A stretch of 64,000 nt of DNA. It comes from Bdellovibrionales bacterium (GTDB lineage Bacteria; Bdellovibrionota; Bdellovibrionia; Bdellovibrionales; UBA1609). Both the position numbers and the translations under genes were made by a program. Below the pieces are notes generated by a model. It saw only the letters and a program-made list of their open reading frames with translations, was not told the DNA's origin and made no database searches. Below, piece by piece: positions 30,972 to 40,805 of the stretch (position 1 is the stretch's first letter; each line of letters begins with the position of its first letter). Location of the stretch: assembly GCA_965200875.1 (NCBI GenBank), contig OZ241456.1, forward strand, positions 224,001-288,000, written 5' to 3'.

Positions 30972-31011
30972 TGATGTGTGACTTCAAAGAAATTTATTTC
31001 AAACTGGGGCA

Positions 31012-31899
31012 TTAGGGCATTAAATGAGCACTGATATACTGAGAGGTTTTTTGACTTTTACCTTTTGGAATGCGGGCGCGCCAGTTTTCCATGTAGTGGG
31101 GAATACGGTCTCTTAAAAGCTCCGGATTAAGTCTTTTTATTTTCGCATAAGGTTCTTTGATGTAACGGGCCATAGCGCGCAAATTTGTCCCTCCTGGCAG
31201 GTAAAAAAATTCGTACTTATGAGGAAGTTTAATTTTTAAATAATTAAACCCGTAAAGTGCAGGGGCTTTGGCAATGGTGATGGCCGCTATAAGCTGTGGA
31301 ATATATTGTGCGGTTTCGTAAGGAAAGTCATATTTTTGAGCTAAGGACCAAAAGTTTTTTGTTTTGTGTTTTTGAATAAGACGCATGAGTCTTTGTTCTC
31401 CCATATTATAAGCTGAAGCGGCAAGCCACCAATCTCCAAACTGTTTATAGAGGAATTGCAAGTACTGGGCGGCGGCGCGGGTGCTTTTTTCAAAGTCCTT
31501 TCTTTCATCCAGCCAATAATGTTTTCTAAGGCCAAAGCGGGAGGCTGTGGGTTGAATAAATTGCCAATACCCTAAAGCTTTGGCTTTGCTTTCCGCATGG
31601 GGTGAAAAACCGCTTTCAATCATAGCCATATAGATGAGATCAGCTGGGAGCTTTTGGTTTTTTAAAATCTCTTTCATAAGAGGTGCATAGCGATAAGATC
31701 GTTCAAGCCATATACGAAAGCGATTCGAATAGTTTTTTTGAAAGAGGCGAATCCACTGCTCCACCCAATAATTACTGGTGACCGGCAAATCAGAAAAAGG
31801 GTTTTTTAAAATAATGTTTTTTTTTAAAATTTTCGCCGGCAAAAAGAGTGGAAAAACAAGCAGAAGAAAACATAAAAAGAAATTTCTTTTTTTCATCAT
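31012..31899 (-). CDS. Lytic transglycosylase (MltD-like SLT domain)
   Basis: AMIESGF, ALGYWQFI..TA, DERKD, ASAYNMGE, ETAQY. Confidence 0.9.
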   Translation of the reverse strand: MMKKRNFFLCFLLLVFPLFLPAKILKKNIILKNPFSDLPVTSNYWVEQWIRLFQKNYSNRFRIWLERSYRYAPLMKEILKNQKLPADLIYMAMIESGFSPHAESKAKALGYWQFIQPTASRFGLRKHYWLDERKDFEKSTRAAAQYLQFLYKQFGDWWLAASAYNMGEQRLMRLIQKHKTKNFWSLAQKYDFPYETAQYIPQLIAAITIAKAPALYGFNYLKIKLPHKYEFFYLPGGTNLRAMARYIKEPYAKIKRLNPELLRDRIPHYMENWRARIPKGKSQKTSQYISAHLMP

Positions 31900-31973
31900 C
31901 GTCTTATTGTTCAGTTTCTTTTTCCGGAAAGCAAGTCAGTATGAGTTATAGATTTTTTCGGCTTTTTTCTGCA

Positions 31974-31988
31974 TGACATTATATGTCA
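31974..31988. promoter_or_regulatory. Palindromic operator-like site TGACAT-N3-ATGTCA
   Basis: Perfect 6-bp arms in the divergent transglycosylase/csrA intergenic region. Confidence 0.45.
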
Positions 31989-32061
31989 ACCCTATAAAAA
32001 AGCCTTAAAAACCGGTTTTTTTGATTAAAATGTGTAATTTTTTTAATATTTGTACTTAAAT

Positions 32062-32090
32062 TTGACAAATCACACAATAAGCATTATTTT
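32062..32090 (+). promoter_or_regulatory. Putative sigma70 promoter for csrA
   Basis: TTGACA-N17-TATTTT. Confidence 0.45.
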
Positions 32091-32157
32091 GCAGTCTGTT
32101 CTGAGGTATATTTTTTTAAATTTGAAAGGAAAGTAAGAAGAGGCAAGGAGGTCTGTT

Positions 32158-32361
32158 ATGTTGGTACTGACTCGTAAAGTGGGAAGCAGTATTGTGATCG
32201 ATGATCATATAAAAATTCAGGTGGTTCAAATCAAAGGTCGTCAGGTGCGTTTGGGTATTTCGGCTCCTAAAGAAACCAGAGTGAATCGTGAAGAAGTTCA
32301 GCGAAGATCTCAGGAAAAGCGGGAGTTACAAACCTCTTCTCTGGACAGGCTCTCTCTTTAA
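32158..32361 (+). CDS. csrA: Carbon storage regulator
   Basis: MLVLTRK.G..IVI...VRLGISAPK...REEV; SD AAGGAGGT. Confidence 0.95.
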   Translation: MLVLTRKVGSSIVIDDHIKIQVVQIKGRQVRLGISAPKETRVNREEVQRRSQEKRELQTSSLDRLSL

Positions 32362-32408
32362 AATTCCTTTTTATCTGAATGAAGCATTGAATAAAGTAAT
32401 ATGCACTT

Positions 32409-33158
32409 ATGATGGAAGATATGGAAAATTTTAGCCTTTTAGGGCCGGGCTTGGGTTTTTATGAAAAAAAACCAGAACCCACCAGTGAAAAAAATCTGGC
32501 TTTGCCGGATCTGCCAAATTTGGATCTATCAGAGGATTTTGATTTGGATTCTGCCGGTGCTTATGAACATTTGCTTTCTGTTTTGGAAAAGCCTTATCTT
32601 GGGGAGAGGGCCGATCCTGCCCTCGGTGGTTCAAGAGCTTTTTCCTCCTCTGTTTCGCCATTGGTAAGTGTTCCAAAAGTTCTACCTGCTCCTCCAGAAA
32701 AAGTGTCACCACTTGCCCCTCCAGAAAAAGTGCTACCTGCCACTCCGGTGTATTTTTGTTTTTCTCCCAAAGCTTATCTGATGGATGCTTTCGTGGTTTC
32801 TTTGTTGTTTTTTCCGCCTCTTTTGTTTTTCGCTTTTTTGACAGAGCCTTTTCCTCTTCAAGCCTTAAAGGTTTTATGGCTCCAAGTGTTGGTGGTCTTT
32901 TTTCTCTTTGCTCAGGTTTATTGTTTTTTATGTAGGCTTTTTTGTTTTGAGACTTTTGGAGAGTCCTTTGCTAAAATAAGACTCTTTACACGACATTCTC
33001 AAAGTAAGTCACCACCACATCCTTTCAGGCTTTTTTGGCGATTTTTATTATCCATTTTGACAGGGATAATTTTAATGCCTTTTTTTTCTCTCGTTTTTGG
33101 AAAAGATATTATGGCCCGCTTGACCGGGCTTTATTTTCAAAAAAACATAAAGGAGTAA
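32409..33158 (+). CDS. RDD-family membrane protein
   Basis: Pro-rich linker with APPEKV repeats, then AYLMD...TM...ETFGE...RLFWR pattern. Confidence 0.65.
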   Translation: MMEDMENFSLLGPGLGFYEKKPEPTSEKNLALPDLPNLDLSEDFDLDSAGAYEHLLSVLEKPYLGERADPALGGSRAFSSSVSPLVSVPKVLPAPPEKVSPLAPPEKVLPATPVYFCFSPKAYLMDAFVVSLLFFPPLLFFAFLTEPFPLQALKVLWLQVLVVFFLFAQVYCFLCRLFCFETFGESFAKIRLFTRHSQSKSPPHPFRLFWRFLLSILTGIILMPFFSLVFGKDIMARLTGLYFQKNIKE

Positions 33159-33159
33159 A

Positions 33160-33978
33160 ATGAAAACATGGATTATGGTCAGAGAATATCAGGATATTCT
33201 CTTAGAAAAAACTCAAGATGGTGTAGCCAAGATCACTATCTCAAGACCTGAGGTGAGAAACGCTTTTCGTCCGCAAACAGTAAAGGAAATGAAAACCGCT
33301 TTGGACTGGGCAAGAGACGAAAGCTCTGTTGGAGTGGTGATTTTAACCGGCGAGGGGGAAAAAGCTTTTTCTGCTGGTGGAGATCAAAAAGCCCGCGGGG
33401 TGGGTGGTTATGTGGATAAGGATGGTGTTCCAAGGCTTAATATTTTGGATGTGCAAAAGCAAATCAGAAGCCTCCCTAAGCCTGTAATTGCTATGGTGGC
33501 AGGTTATGCTATTGGAGGAGGGCATGTTCTTCATGTAGTTTGTGATCTGACAATTTGCGCGGATAACGCGCGTTTTGGACAAACCGGCCCTAAAGTAGGC
33601 TCTTTTGACGGGGGCCTAGGGAGTGCTTATCTGGCACGCATTGTGGGGCAAAAAAAAGCCAGAGAAATATGGTACCTTTGCCGGCAGTATGGAGCCAAGG
33701 AGGCTTTGGAAATGGGGTTAGTGAACTGTGTGGTGCCTTTGAAGGAATTGGAAGCAGAGACTTTAAAATGGTGTCGGGAGATATTAAAGCATTCTCCGAT
33801 GGCTCTTCGTTGTTTGAAATCCGCCTTGAATGCAGATTGCGATGGTCAGCAGGGTTTAATGGATTTAGCGGGAAATGCCACCTTGCTTTATTATTTAAGT
33901 GAAGAGGCTCAAGAGGGCAAAAAAGCTTTTTTGGAAAAAAGATCGCCTGATTTTTCCAAGTACACCCGCTATCCTTAA
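33160..33978 (+). CDS. menB: 1,4-dihydroxy-2-naphthoyl-CoA synthase
   Basis: [38 protein letters not shown]. Confidence 0.97.
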   Translation: MKTWIMVREYQDILLEKTQDGVAKITISRPEVRNAFRPQTVKEMKTALDWARDESSVGVVILTGEGEKAFSAGGDQKARGVGGYVDKDGVPRLNILDVQKQIRSLPKPVIAMVAGYAIGGGHVLHVVCDLTICADNARFGQTGPKVGSFDGGLGSAYLARIVGQKKAREIWYLCRQYGAKEALEMGLVNCVVPLKELEAETLKWCREILKHSPMALRCLKSALNADCDGQQGLMDLAGNATLLYYLSEEAQEGKKAFLEKRSPDFSKYTRYP

Positions 33979-33990
33979 GCGGTTTTATGT

Positions 33991-34866
33991 ATGAAATATA
34001 TTTTTTTATCGGCGCGGTTTAAGCCTCTGATAGTGGGTGCCGGGCCTTTGTTTTTTGGGATTTTTTTATCTTTTTCCAGCTGGGATAGCTTTTCTTGGCT
34101 TTTAAATGGTTCTGTTTTTTTATCTGTTTTTTGTATTCAGATCGCTACACATTTTTTTAATGATGCTTTGGATTTTCTGAAAGGGGCGGATACTCCCTCC
34201 CGAAAAGGGCCTAAGCGTCCCGTGCAAAAAGGGTTGGTGTCTCCTTCCCTTTTGTTTAAGGCTGGTTTTTTATGTTTATTTTTGGCAGGCTTAAGTGGTC
34301 TCTACATAGTATGGCAGGGAGGATGGTTTTTTTTGTTCGTGGGTCTTTTGAGTTTGGCTTTGGCTTACTTTTATACCGGCGGGCCTTATCCTCTGGCTTA
34401 CACCGGCCTAGCTGATTTTTTCGTGCTTTTGTTTTTTGGCCTTATTCCTTCCTCTTTTGTGTTTTATCTGAATGCCGGTTTTTGGAGTATGGACTCCTTT
34501 GTAGCGGGTTTTCAATGTGGGCTTTTGGCCTTAAGCCTTCTCACAGTGAATAACTTAAGAGATGAAGAGGAGGACCGGCAGGCCGGGAAAAAAACCTTGG
34601 TGGTGCGTTTTGGCCGGAAGTGGGGCATAAGGGAATGGACTTTGGCACATTATCTGCCGTATTTTCTTGGGGCTTATTGGTTTTTTAAAGGATCTTTAAA
34701 GCTTTGTTTTCTTCCTTTTATTTTGTTCCCCTTTTCTGTTTATATGCAAAAGCTTCTGGAAAAAACTTTTGAAAAGGAGAGCTTATATGGACGAATATTT
34801 GCCAGCTCTCTTTTATATTATCTGTTTTTTGTTTCTTTATTGTGTTTGGGATTTCTCTGGGGATAG
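33991..34866 (+). CDS. menA: DHNA octaprenyltransferase
   Basis: [38 protein letters not shown]. Confidence 0.93.
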   Translation: MKYIFLSARFKPLIVGAGPLFFGIFLSFSSWDSFSWLLNGSVFLSVFCIQIATHFFNDALDFLKGADTPSRKGPKRPVQKGLVSPSLLFKAGFLCLFLAGLSGLYIVWQGGWFFLFVGLLSLALAYFYTGGPYPLAYTGLADFFVLLFFGLIPSSFVFYLNAGFWSMDSFVAGFQCGLLALSLLTVNNLRDEEEDRQAGKKTLVVRFGRKWGIREWTLAHYLPYFLGAYWFFKGSLKLCFLPFILFPFSVYMQKLLEKTFEKESLYGRIFASSLLYYLFFVSLLCLGFLWG

Positions 34867-34879
34867 GTCAAAAAAACTT

Positions 34880-35860
34880 ATGGATTTTTTATCAGAAAAC
34901 CCTTTAAAAAAAGTTTGGTTTGCTCCTTATGAGTTAAAAAGAAAGGGAATAAATCAGATTCGTAAAGGTACTTTGTTGAAAGTGGAGTTTGCCGATGGCA
35001 AAACCGGCCACGCCGATCTGCACCCTTACCCAGAAAAAGGGGAAGCGGACTTAAAAACCCAATTAAACAGGTTAAAAGAAAAAAAAATCTCCAGCTTATG
35101 TTTAAGAGCGTTCCATATTGCTAGGGTGGAGGCTGATGCGCAAGCAAAGAACATTAATTTGCTAAGCACTTTATCCGTTCCTTTGAGTCATTATTTGATT
35201 TTGGATGTGGAAAAATTTTCCAAAGCTGACTTGGAAAAAGAGCTTGAGCGGGGTTTTAAAGTTTTTAAAGTAAAATTAAATCATCCCTTGCACCGCCAAA
35301 GCAAAAAGTTATTGGCACTTATGCAGGCCGGGCGTGGAAAGTCCCTTAAGTGGCGTCTGGATTTTCATACTCGCCTGAGTGTAAAGCAGTGGGAAAAATG
35401 GCAAAGGGAATATTTAAAGCAGATACCCGCTGAAGATCTGGATTTTATAGAAGCCCCTTTTAATTACCAAGAAAGCTTTTGGCAGAAAAATAAAAAAATT
35501 TCTTTGGCCTTAGATGTATGGGAAGGGGAAAACACTTTGCCAGTTTCGGTTTTGGTTTGGAAAATTGCCAGAAAAAACCCTGAGGATTTATCAAAAAAAC
35601 TCGCAAGAAATCTCTTTAAAAGAGTGATTTTTACGCACTCGCTTTCCCATCCATTGGATCAGATAGCCAGTGCTTATTTTTCGGCCAGCTTTTATAAAGT
35701 CCATCCGGGTTTAAGGGAAATATGCGGTTTGGTTCAAAAGGATATTTATGAGGGTTTTACTTTGCCGGATTTCGGACCAGTGTTTCCTAAGTTATCCGGC
35801 CCGGGCTGGGGGCTGGATATTTGTTATCTCTCGAGTTTGCCTTGGAAAAAACTTTTTTAG
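34880..35860 (+). CDS. menC: o-succinylbenzoate synthase (divergent)
   Basis: Enolase-superfamily FKVK, RLD, FIEAP, LALD, GPGWG; between menA and menE; ATG 34880 preferred. Confidence 0.78.
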   Translation: MDFLSENPLKKVWFAPYELKRKGINQIRKGTLLKVEFADGKTGHADLHPYPEKGEADLKTQLNRLKEKKISSLCLRAFHIARVEADAQAKNINLLSTLSVPLSHYLILDVEKFSKADLEKELERGFKVFKVKLNHPLHRQSKKLLALMQAGRGKSLKWRLDFHTRLSVKQWEKWQREYLKQIPAEDLDFIEAPFNYQESFWQKNKKISLALDVWEGENTLPVSVLVWKIARKNPEDLSKKLARNLFKRVIFTHSLSHPLDQIASAYFSASFYKVHPGLREICGLVQKDIYEGFTLPDFGPVFPKLSGPGWGLDICYLSSLPWKKLF

Positions 35861-35946
35861 TGGCCCTTAAAAGCCCTTTTCGGTTGATGGAAAATATGTT
35901 AAGTGTAAATAGTAGCCCTTGAAAAAGTATATAATTTTAAAGCACT

Positions 35947-37098
35947 TTGATCTTCAAAATGTCGTTTTATAAAGTAAATCCTTTAAAGGTGGATTGGGAG
36001 TCAGAGGATTCTGCTCTTTTTTTTAACGAGCGGAATGCAGAAAAAAAGATTTTTATCTCTTATATCAATCGTCTTCCCAGTTTAAAATCACATATATGGC
36101 TTTCCACTTCTGGTCGGACTCAGCAAAAATGGATGGCTCTTTCCAAAAAATCTTTACTGACTTCTGCTAAGGCCGTAAATCAGCATCTTAAAGTCTCTGC
36201 AAAAGATCGTTGGGGTCTTTCTCTCCCTTTGTTTCATGTAGGAGGGCTTTCCATTTTGGCGCGCGCACATTTATCCCGCAGTGCTTGTATTTCCTATAAG
36301 GGAAAATGGCAGGTGAGATCTTTTTTAGATTTTTTAAACAGATATCAAATCACTTTAAGCGCGCTTGTTCCCGCTCAGGTGTACGATCTCGTAAAAGCGA
36401 AGATAAAATGTCCTCCATCCCTTCGCTTAGTGGTGGTGGGTGGTGGTGCTCTAAGTGAAGCCTTATATCGTTCCGCGAGAATGTTAAATTGGCCACTTCT
36501 GCCCTCTTATGGTTTGACGGAATGCAGTTCTCAAGTGGCGACTCAGGAAATAGAACATTTGTCAAAAAAAGAGTCTTCAAAATTGAAAATTCTTTCTCAT
36601 GTTCAGGTTAAAGTGGATGATCAGGAAATTGCTCTTCGGTCGGAAAGTCTTTTTACCGGTTTTGTGCCTCTTTTACCGAATCTTCGAGGGGAGTTTCAAG
36701 ACACTAAAAAAAACGGATGGTATTTTACAGGGGATAAGGGGTATATGGAAGCTCCATATTTATGGATCGAAAGCGCGCGTCAGATAAAAATCCTGGGGGA
36801 AAAAGTGAATATGAAAATTCTGGACGAGAAATTAATGAATATTTTGTTGAAAAGATCCAGATTTGGACATTGTTTTCTTCTCCCTTTGCCCAGTGAAAGA
36901 GAGGGCTTTCAGATAGCTTTGGTTTCCGATATTTTTCAACGGGACATTTTATCCAGCATCATTCAACAATTTAACAAAAAGGTATCCCCTTTTGAGAGAA
37001 TCCGACAATTTTACTTCGTTCCAGAGATGGAGCTTACCAGCCTTTCCAAAGTTTCAAAATCCGCATTGCAAAAAAAACTTGGCTTTCCTTCCCTGTAG
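35947..37098 (+). CDS. menE: o-succinylbenzoate-CoA ligase
   Basis: STSG, LPLFHVGGL, SYGLTECSSQ, TGD; in men cluster. Confidence 0.85.
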   Translation: MIFKMSFYKVNPLKVDWESEDSALFFNERNAEKKIFISYINRLPSLKSHIWLSTSGRTQQKWMALSKKSLLTSAKAVNQHLKVSAKDRWGLSLPLFHVGGLSILARAHLSRSACISYKGKWQVRSFLDFLNRYQITLSALVPAQVYDLVKAKIKCPPSLRLVVVGGGALSEALYRSARMLNWPLLPSYGLTECSSQVATQEIEHLSKKESSKLKILSHVQVKVDDQEIALRSESLFTGFVPLLPNLRGEFQDTKKNGWYFTGDKGYMEAPYLWIESARQIKILGEKVNMKILDEKLMNILLKRSRFGHCFLLPLPSEREGFQIALVSDIFQRDILSSIIQQFNKKVSPFERIRQFYFVPEMELTSLSKVSKSALQKKLGFPSL

Positions 37099-37168
37099 CT
37101 TCTTAAAATCAAAGTTTTTGTAAAGAATGTTTGCTTGATTCCTGATAAGGATAATATAGTTACCTCTA

Positions 37169-38101
37169 ATGATGAAAGAAAAATTGGATTTAACAAAGGG
37201 TCTTTCTCCGGGCATTCCCCAGCTGGAGCATCTTTACCAAAATTTATTTTCCCGGGGAAAAACTTTAAGGGCTTTTATGATATGCCAAGTGGCGGAGGGT
37301 TTAAAGCTTTCCAAAGCGGAAACAGAGAAACTCTGTAATATCGTGGAGCGTATTCATCAAGCTTCTATTTTGCACGATGATGTCATTGACGCCTCTCCTA
37401 TTCGAAGAGGTGCTCTTTCCAGCTGGATGCAGTACTCCATGAAAAAAGCTGTTTTAGCTGGGGACTACCTGTTGGCTCAAGCTTCCAGTGACACAGCGGA
37501 GATGAATAATATCCCTTTGATGAAAATCACAGCGGAGATGTTAAAAAATCTGGTTAAAGGGGAGTGGATGCAGGATATGCTGAAAAACAAGGAAACCATG
37601 TCTGATTTAAGAAAAGTGCATGAGTTGAAAACCTCCTCTCTTTTTCAGTGGAGCTTGCGTGCTCCCTTTTTGGTTATTAATCGCTTTGAAAGTAAATTGC
37701 ATGAATATTTGGAACAGGTGGGGTTGCTGATGGGGATTTTATTCCAAAGAGCGGACGATTTATTGGATTTTGATATCAGGAACAAAGAAAACAAACAGGG
37801 CTTTAAGGATTTAGCAGAAGGATATTTTAATTCTTTTGCCGTTTATTTATCAGAGGGCAAAGGCAGTGAATTTCGTGCGATTTTAAAAACTTGCCGTTCC
37901 TTAGGAGAAGTGAAAGACCTTACAGGTGCTGAGGCGTTTGAACAGACTTTGTGCTCTTTTGATAAAATAAACGCAAAGCTTATTACGGACTGTCTACAGG
38001 CGATTGACCGGTTAAAAGAGTGTTTGCAAACTCAGGAGCAGTCTCTTCTGGAGGAGCTTAAAAAATGGCCTGCCTGTTTTTATTGGAGAAAGAGTGTCTG
38101 A
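37169..38101 (+). CDS. Polyprenyl diphosphate synthase
   Basis: GK.LR, HDDVID...RRG, AVLAGD, FQRADDLLD. Confidence 0.9.
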   Translation: MMKEKLDLTKGLSPGIPQLEHLYQNLFSRGKTLRAFMICQVAEGLKLSKAETEKLCNIVERIHQASILHDDVIDASPIRRGALSSWMQYSMKKAVLAGDYLLAQASSDTAEMNNIPLMKITAEMLKNLVKGEWMQDMLKNKETMSDLRKVHELKTSSLFQWSLRAPFLVINRFESKLHEYLEQVGLLMGILFQRADDLLDFDIRNKENKQGFKDLAEGYFNSFAVYLSEGKGSEFRAILKTCRSLGEVKDLTGAEAFEQTLCSFDKINAKLITDCLQAIDRLKECLQTQEQSLLEELKKWPACFYWRKSV

Positions 38102-39017
38102 ATTTCAGGATTGGCGGAGCAGATTTGAAGAAGTTTCCGCTCTTTTACAGGAAAAAGAGAAAACTTTAAAAGAGTATCGGAAAGTTATTCAGCAAAGCCA
38201 TCAGCTGATGAAAGAGGTGATGGATAAGCTTTCTTTTGAGTTAAAAATTGCCCATCAAATTCATCGTATTTTGCTTCCGGTGGAACTGCCGATTATTGCA
38301 GGTTGTGAGTTCAGTTTTAAATTTCGTCCGGCAGATGGGGATGGAAAAAGTAAGGATTTTTACGAGGTTTTGCCTCATCCGGCCAGTAAGTCTTTCAGTA
38401 TTATCATGTCCAGCTGTTCCTCTCATGCTTTGTCTGCTTTGATGTTTTCTGCCCGTTTAAAAATGTTGGGTCGGGGAGAGAGAGTGGATCACCTTAAACC
38501 GGATGAATTTGTGGCCCGCTTGATCGAAGAAATTAATATTGATATTTCCAACTTTTCAGAAACCCGAGCTTATCCCCTCCGAGGAAAAACTTCTCTTTTT
38601 TATGCTCTTGTCAGTCAAAAAACCTATCAGATGTCCTATTGTTTGGTAGGGGATATTTTTGCTCTGACGCAATATGCAGAAACCGGGGAGATGGAGCAGA
38701 TGAAAACTTCTGCAGTTTCTTTGGAAGAAGAGCAGATAGATCAGTTAAAAACATATACGGTTTCTTTAAATGGCCGTGATCGTTTGGTGGTGTGCAGTCC
38801 TGGAATCTTGTTTTGCAAGTCTCCTGAAGGAAACTCTTATTCTTTATCTGCCCTTAAGGAGTCTCTTCAAAATGAGTCCTCTTCCTCAGTGCATGAAGTG
38901 AGAAACCGGATTCTTTACAATTTGAAATCTTTTGCCAAGGGTCAGCCTTCCATAAGAGATCAAAGTGTTATGGTAATGGATGTGAAAAGCCGTATACTGA
39001 AGTTAACAAAAAGTTAA
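38094..39017 (+). CDS. SpoIIE/PP2C-like domain protein (degenerate active site)
   Basis: ELKIAHQIH..LLP, KDFYE, L.GRDRLVVCSPG, RDQSV topology; several metal-binding Asp missing. Confidence 0.7.
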   Translation: MSEFQDWRSRFEEVSALLQEKEKTLKEYRKVIQQSHQLMKEVMDKLSFELKIAHQIHRILLPVELPIIAGCEFSFKFRPADGDGKSKDFYEVLPHPASKSFSIIMSSCSSHALSALMFSARLKMLGRGERVDHLKPDEFVARLIEEINIDISNFSETRAYPLRGKTSLFYALVSQKTYQMSYCLVGDIFALTQYAETGEMEQMKTSAVSLEEEQIDQLKTYTVSLNGRDRLVVCSPGILFCKSPEGNSYSLSALKESLQNESSSSVHEVRNRILYNLKSFAKGQPSIRDQSVMVMDVKSRILKLTKS

Positions 39018-39026
39018 GGAGTGTAA

Positions 39027-39683
39027 GTGGCCCTTGAAGAATTAAAAAGCAAAAAACAAAGAGTTAAGCGTGTGGTGCACCTGCTTAAGAGGTATCGTCC
39101 CCTGGCGGAATGTGCTCTTTATCATAAAAATCCTCTTCAGCTTTTAGTGGCGACCATACTCAGTGCACAGTGTACAGATAAAAGAGTCAATGAAATCACT
39201 AAAACCTTGTTCAAAAAATACCCCACAGCTAGGGCCTTTGCGAAAGCTCCTTTGAAAACTTTGGAAAAAGAAATATACTCCACCGGTTTTTATCGTGCCA
39301 AGGCAAAAAACATTCGGTCTGCCTGTCAAAAAATTCAAGAGGAGTTTAAGGGTCAGGTTCCAGGTAGGCTAAAGGATTTGCTGACTTTGCCGGGAGTAGG
39401 GAGAAAAACAGCCCATGTCATTTTGGGCACAGCCTTTCGCATCAGTTCCGGGGTGGTGGTGGATACTCATGTCCGGCGGATTTCCAATAGATTGAGCTTT
39501 ACAAATTCTCAAGATCCGGAAAAAATAGAAAAAAACTTATGTAACCTGCTTTCAAAAAAAACTTGGATTTATTTTTCTCATGCTTTGATTTTACATGGGC
39601 GGGAGGTGTGTAAAGCTCGCTCTCCAAAGTGTCATGTCTGTTTTTTGCAGGAACTTTGTCCCAAGAGAGGGGTGGAAAAATAA
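39027..39683 (+). CDS. nth: Endonuclease III
   Basis: LSAQCTD, LPGVGRKTA, VDTHV, Cx6Cx2Cx5C Fe-S motif. Confidence 0.96.
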   Translation: MALEELKSKKQRVKRVVHLLKRYRPLAECALYHKNPLQLLVATILSAQCTDKRVNEITKTLFKKYPTARAFAKAPLKTLEKEIYSTGFYRAKAKNIRSACQKIQEEFKGQVPGRLKDLLTLPGVGRKTAHVILGTAFRISSGVVVDTHVRRISNRLSFTNSQDPEKIEKNLCNLLSKKTWIYFSHALILHGREVCKARSPKCHVCFLQELCPKRGVEK

Positions 39684-39710
39684 TTCAGTTTTGAGGAAAG
39701 GTTTTATGTT

Positions 39711-40703
39711 TTGAAAAAAATTATTGTTTTGTTGCTCTTGGGCTTTATGGGTTTTGGGATTTACTGTCTTCTTCCGAAGAGTTCTGTCTCTTCAAAAAAA
39801 ATATTAAGAGTGATGACTTATTCCTCTTTTGTGAATGTTTTTGGCCCAGGACCGGCCCTTAAAAAAGCCTTTGAAAAAATATGCGATTGCCGTGTGAAAT
39901 GGATTAAAGTTCCAGACTCCACTTTGTTTGTGCAAAGACTTTCCTTGCGAAAAGATGGCTTTAAAACAGATGTGGTGTTGGGTTTGGATCAGATTTCTTT
40001 AAAGCTTGCAAAGACATTGCCTTGGAAAAAAACTAGGGTGGCCCCTAGCATTTTTATCCCCCTAGCTAGGGAGTTTTTGTCGGATTCTTTTGTACCTTAT
40101 AATTGGTCGCCCATGAGCTTTATTTCTCGTCAAAAAACAAAAGTACTTGGTCTGGAGGATCTGCTGAATAAAGAATTTCAACACAATATTTCTCTTCCCG
40201 CCCCTCGTGTTAGCACAGTGGGATTTCAGTTTTATTACTGGATATGGCTGGTTTTTAAGGAAAAAACCGGCGAATTTTTAAAATCCCTTAAAAATCAGCT
40301 TTATGGTCTTCCTTCTTCTTGGTCCACTTCTTATGCTCTTTTTCAAAGAGGCCATGTTGCTCTAAGCTTTTCTTACTTAAGCTCTTTGCTGTATCATCTG
40401 GAACAAAATCAAAAAGATTTTTATTTTGTGTCTTTTAGGGAAGGGCATCCTTTTCAGGTGGAATTGGCTGGAGTTTCCGGTTTTTGTAGGGAATGTAAAT
40501 TGGCGGGGGACTTTATACATTTTTTGCTGAAACCGGACACACAAAATATTCTTAAAACGAAAAATTATATGTTTCCGGTTATTGCTTCTTTGTCTGAAGA
40601 CTCTTTATTGCCAGAGGGAAATTTGATTCGATATAATCAATTAAATATTTTTCTTGAGGAAAAGAAAAAACGGCTTTGGGAATGGGAGAAATGGATGAAA
40701 TAA
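39711..40703 (+). CDS. thiB: Thiamine ABC transporter substrate-binding protein
   Basis: TYSSF..FGPGP.LK..FE..C.C, DVVLGLD, PR.ST.G, WS.SY, GHP.QVE, NYMFPV. Confidence 0.85.
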   Translation: MKKIIVLLLLGFMGFGIYCLLPKSSVSSKKILRVMTYSSFVNVFGPGPALKKAFEKICDCRVKWIKVPDSTLFVQRLSLRKDGFKTDVVLGLDQISLKLAKTLPWKKTRVAPSIFIPLAREFLSDSFVPYNWSPMSFISRQKTKVLGLEDLLNKEFQHNISLPAPRVSTVGFQFYYWIWLVFKEKTGEFLKSLKNQLYGLPSSWSTSYALFQRGHVALSFSYLSSLLYHLEQNQKDFYFVSFREGHPFQVELAGVSGFCRECKLAGDFIHFLLKPDTQNILKTKNYMFPVIASLSEDSLLPEGNLIRYNQLNIFLEEKKKRLWEWEKWMK

Positions 40704-40805
40704 CTGGCCTGTGGGATTAAAAAATTAAACTCCTTTGCCTTTTGTCCTTTGCTCAGGAGTAGAAATGTTTTGAAACTTTTTTTTAGTTGTTAAGAGAAAA
40801 AAACC

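Noticed and set aside
32670..32745. APPEKV repeats in the RDD protein as a functional repeat element
   Set aside because: Short Pro-rich linker duplications; ordinary
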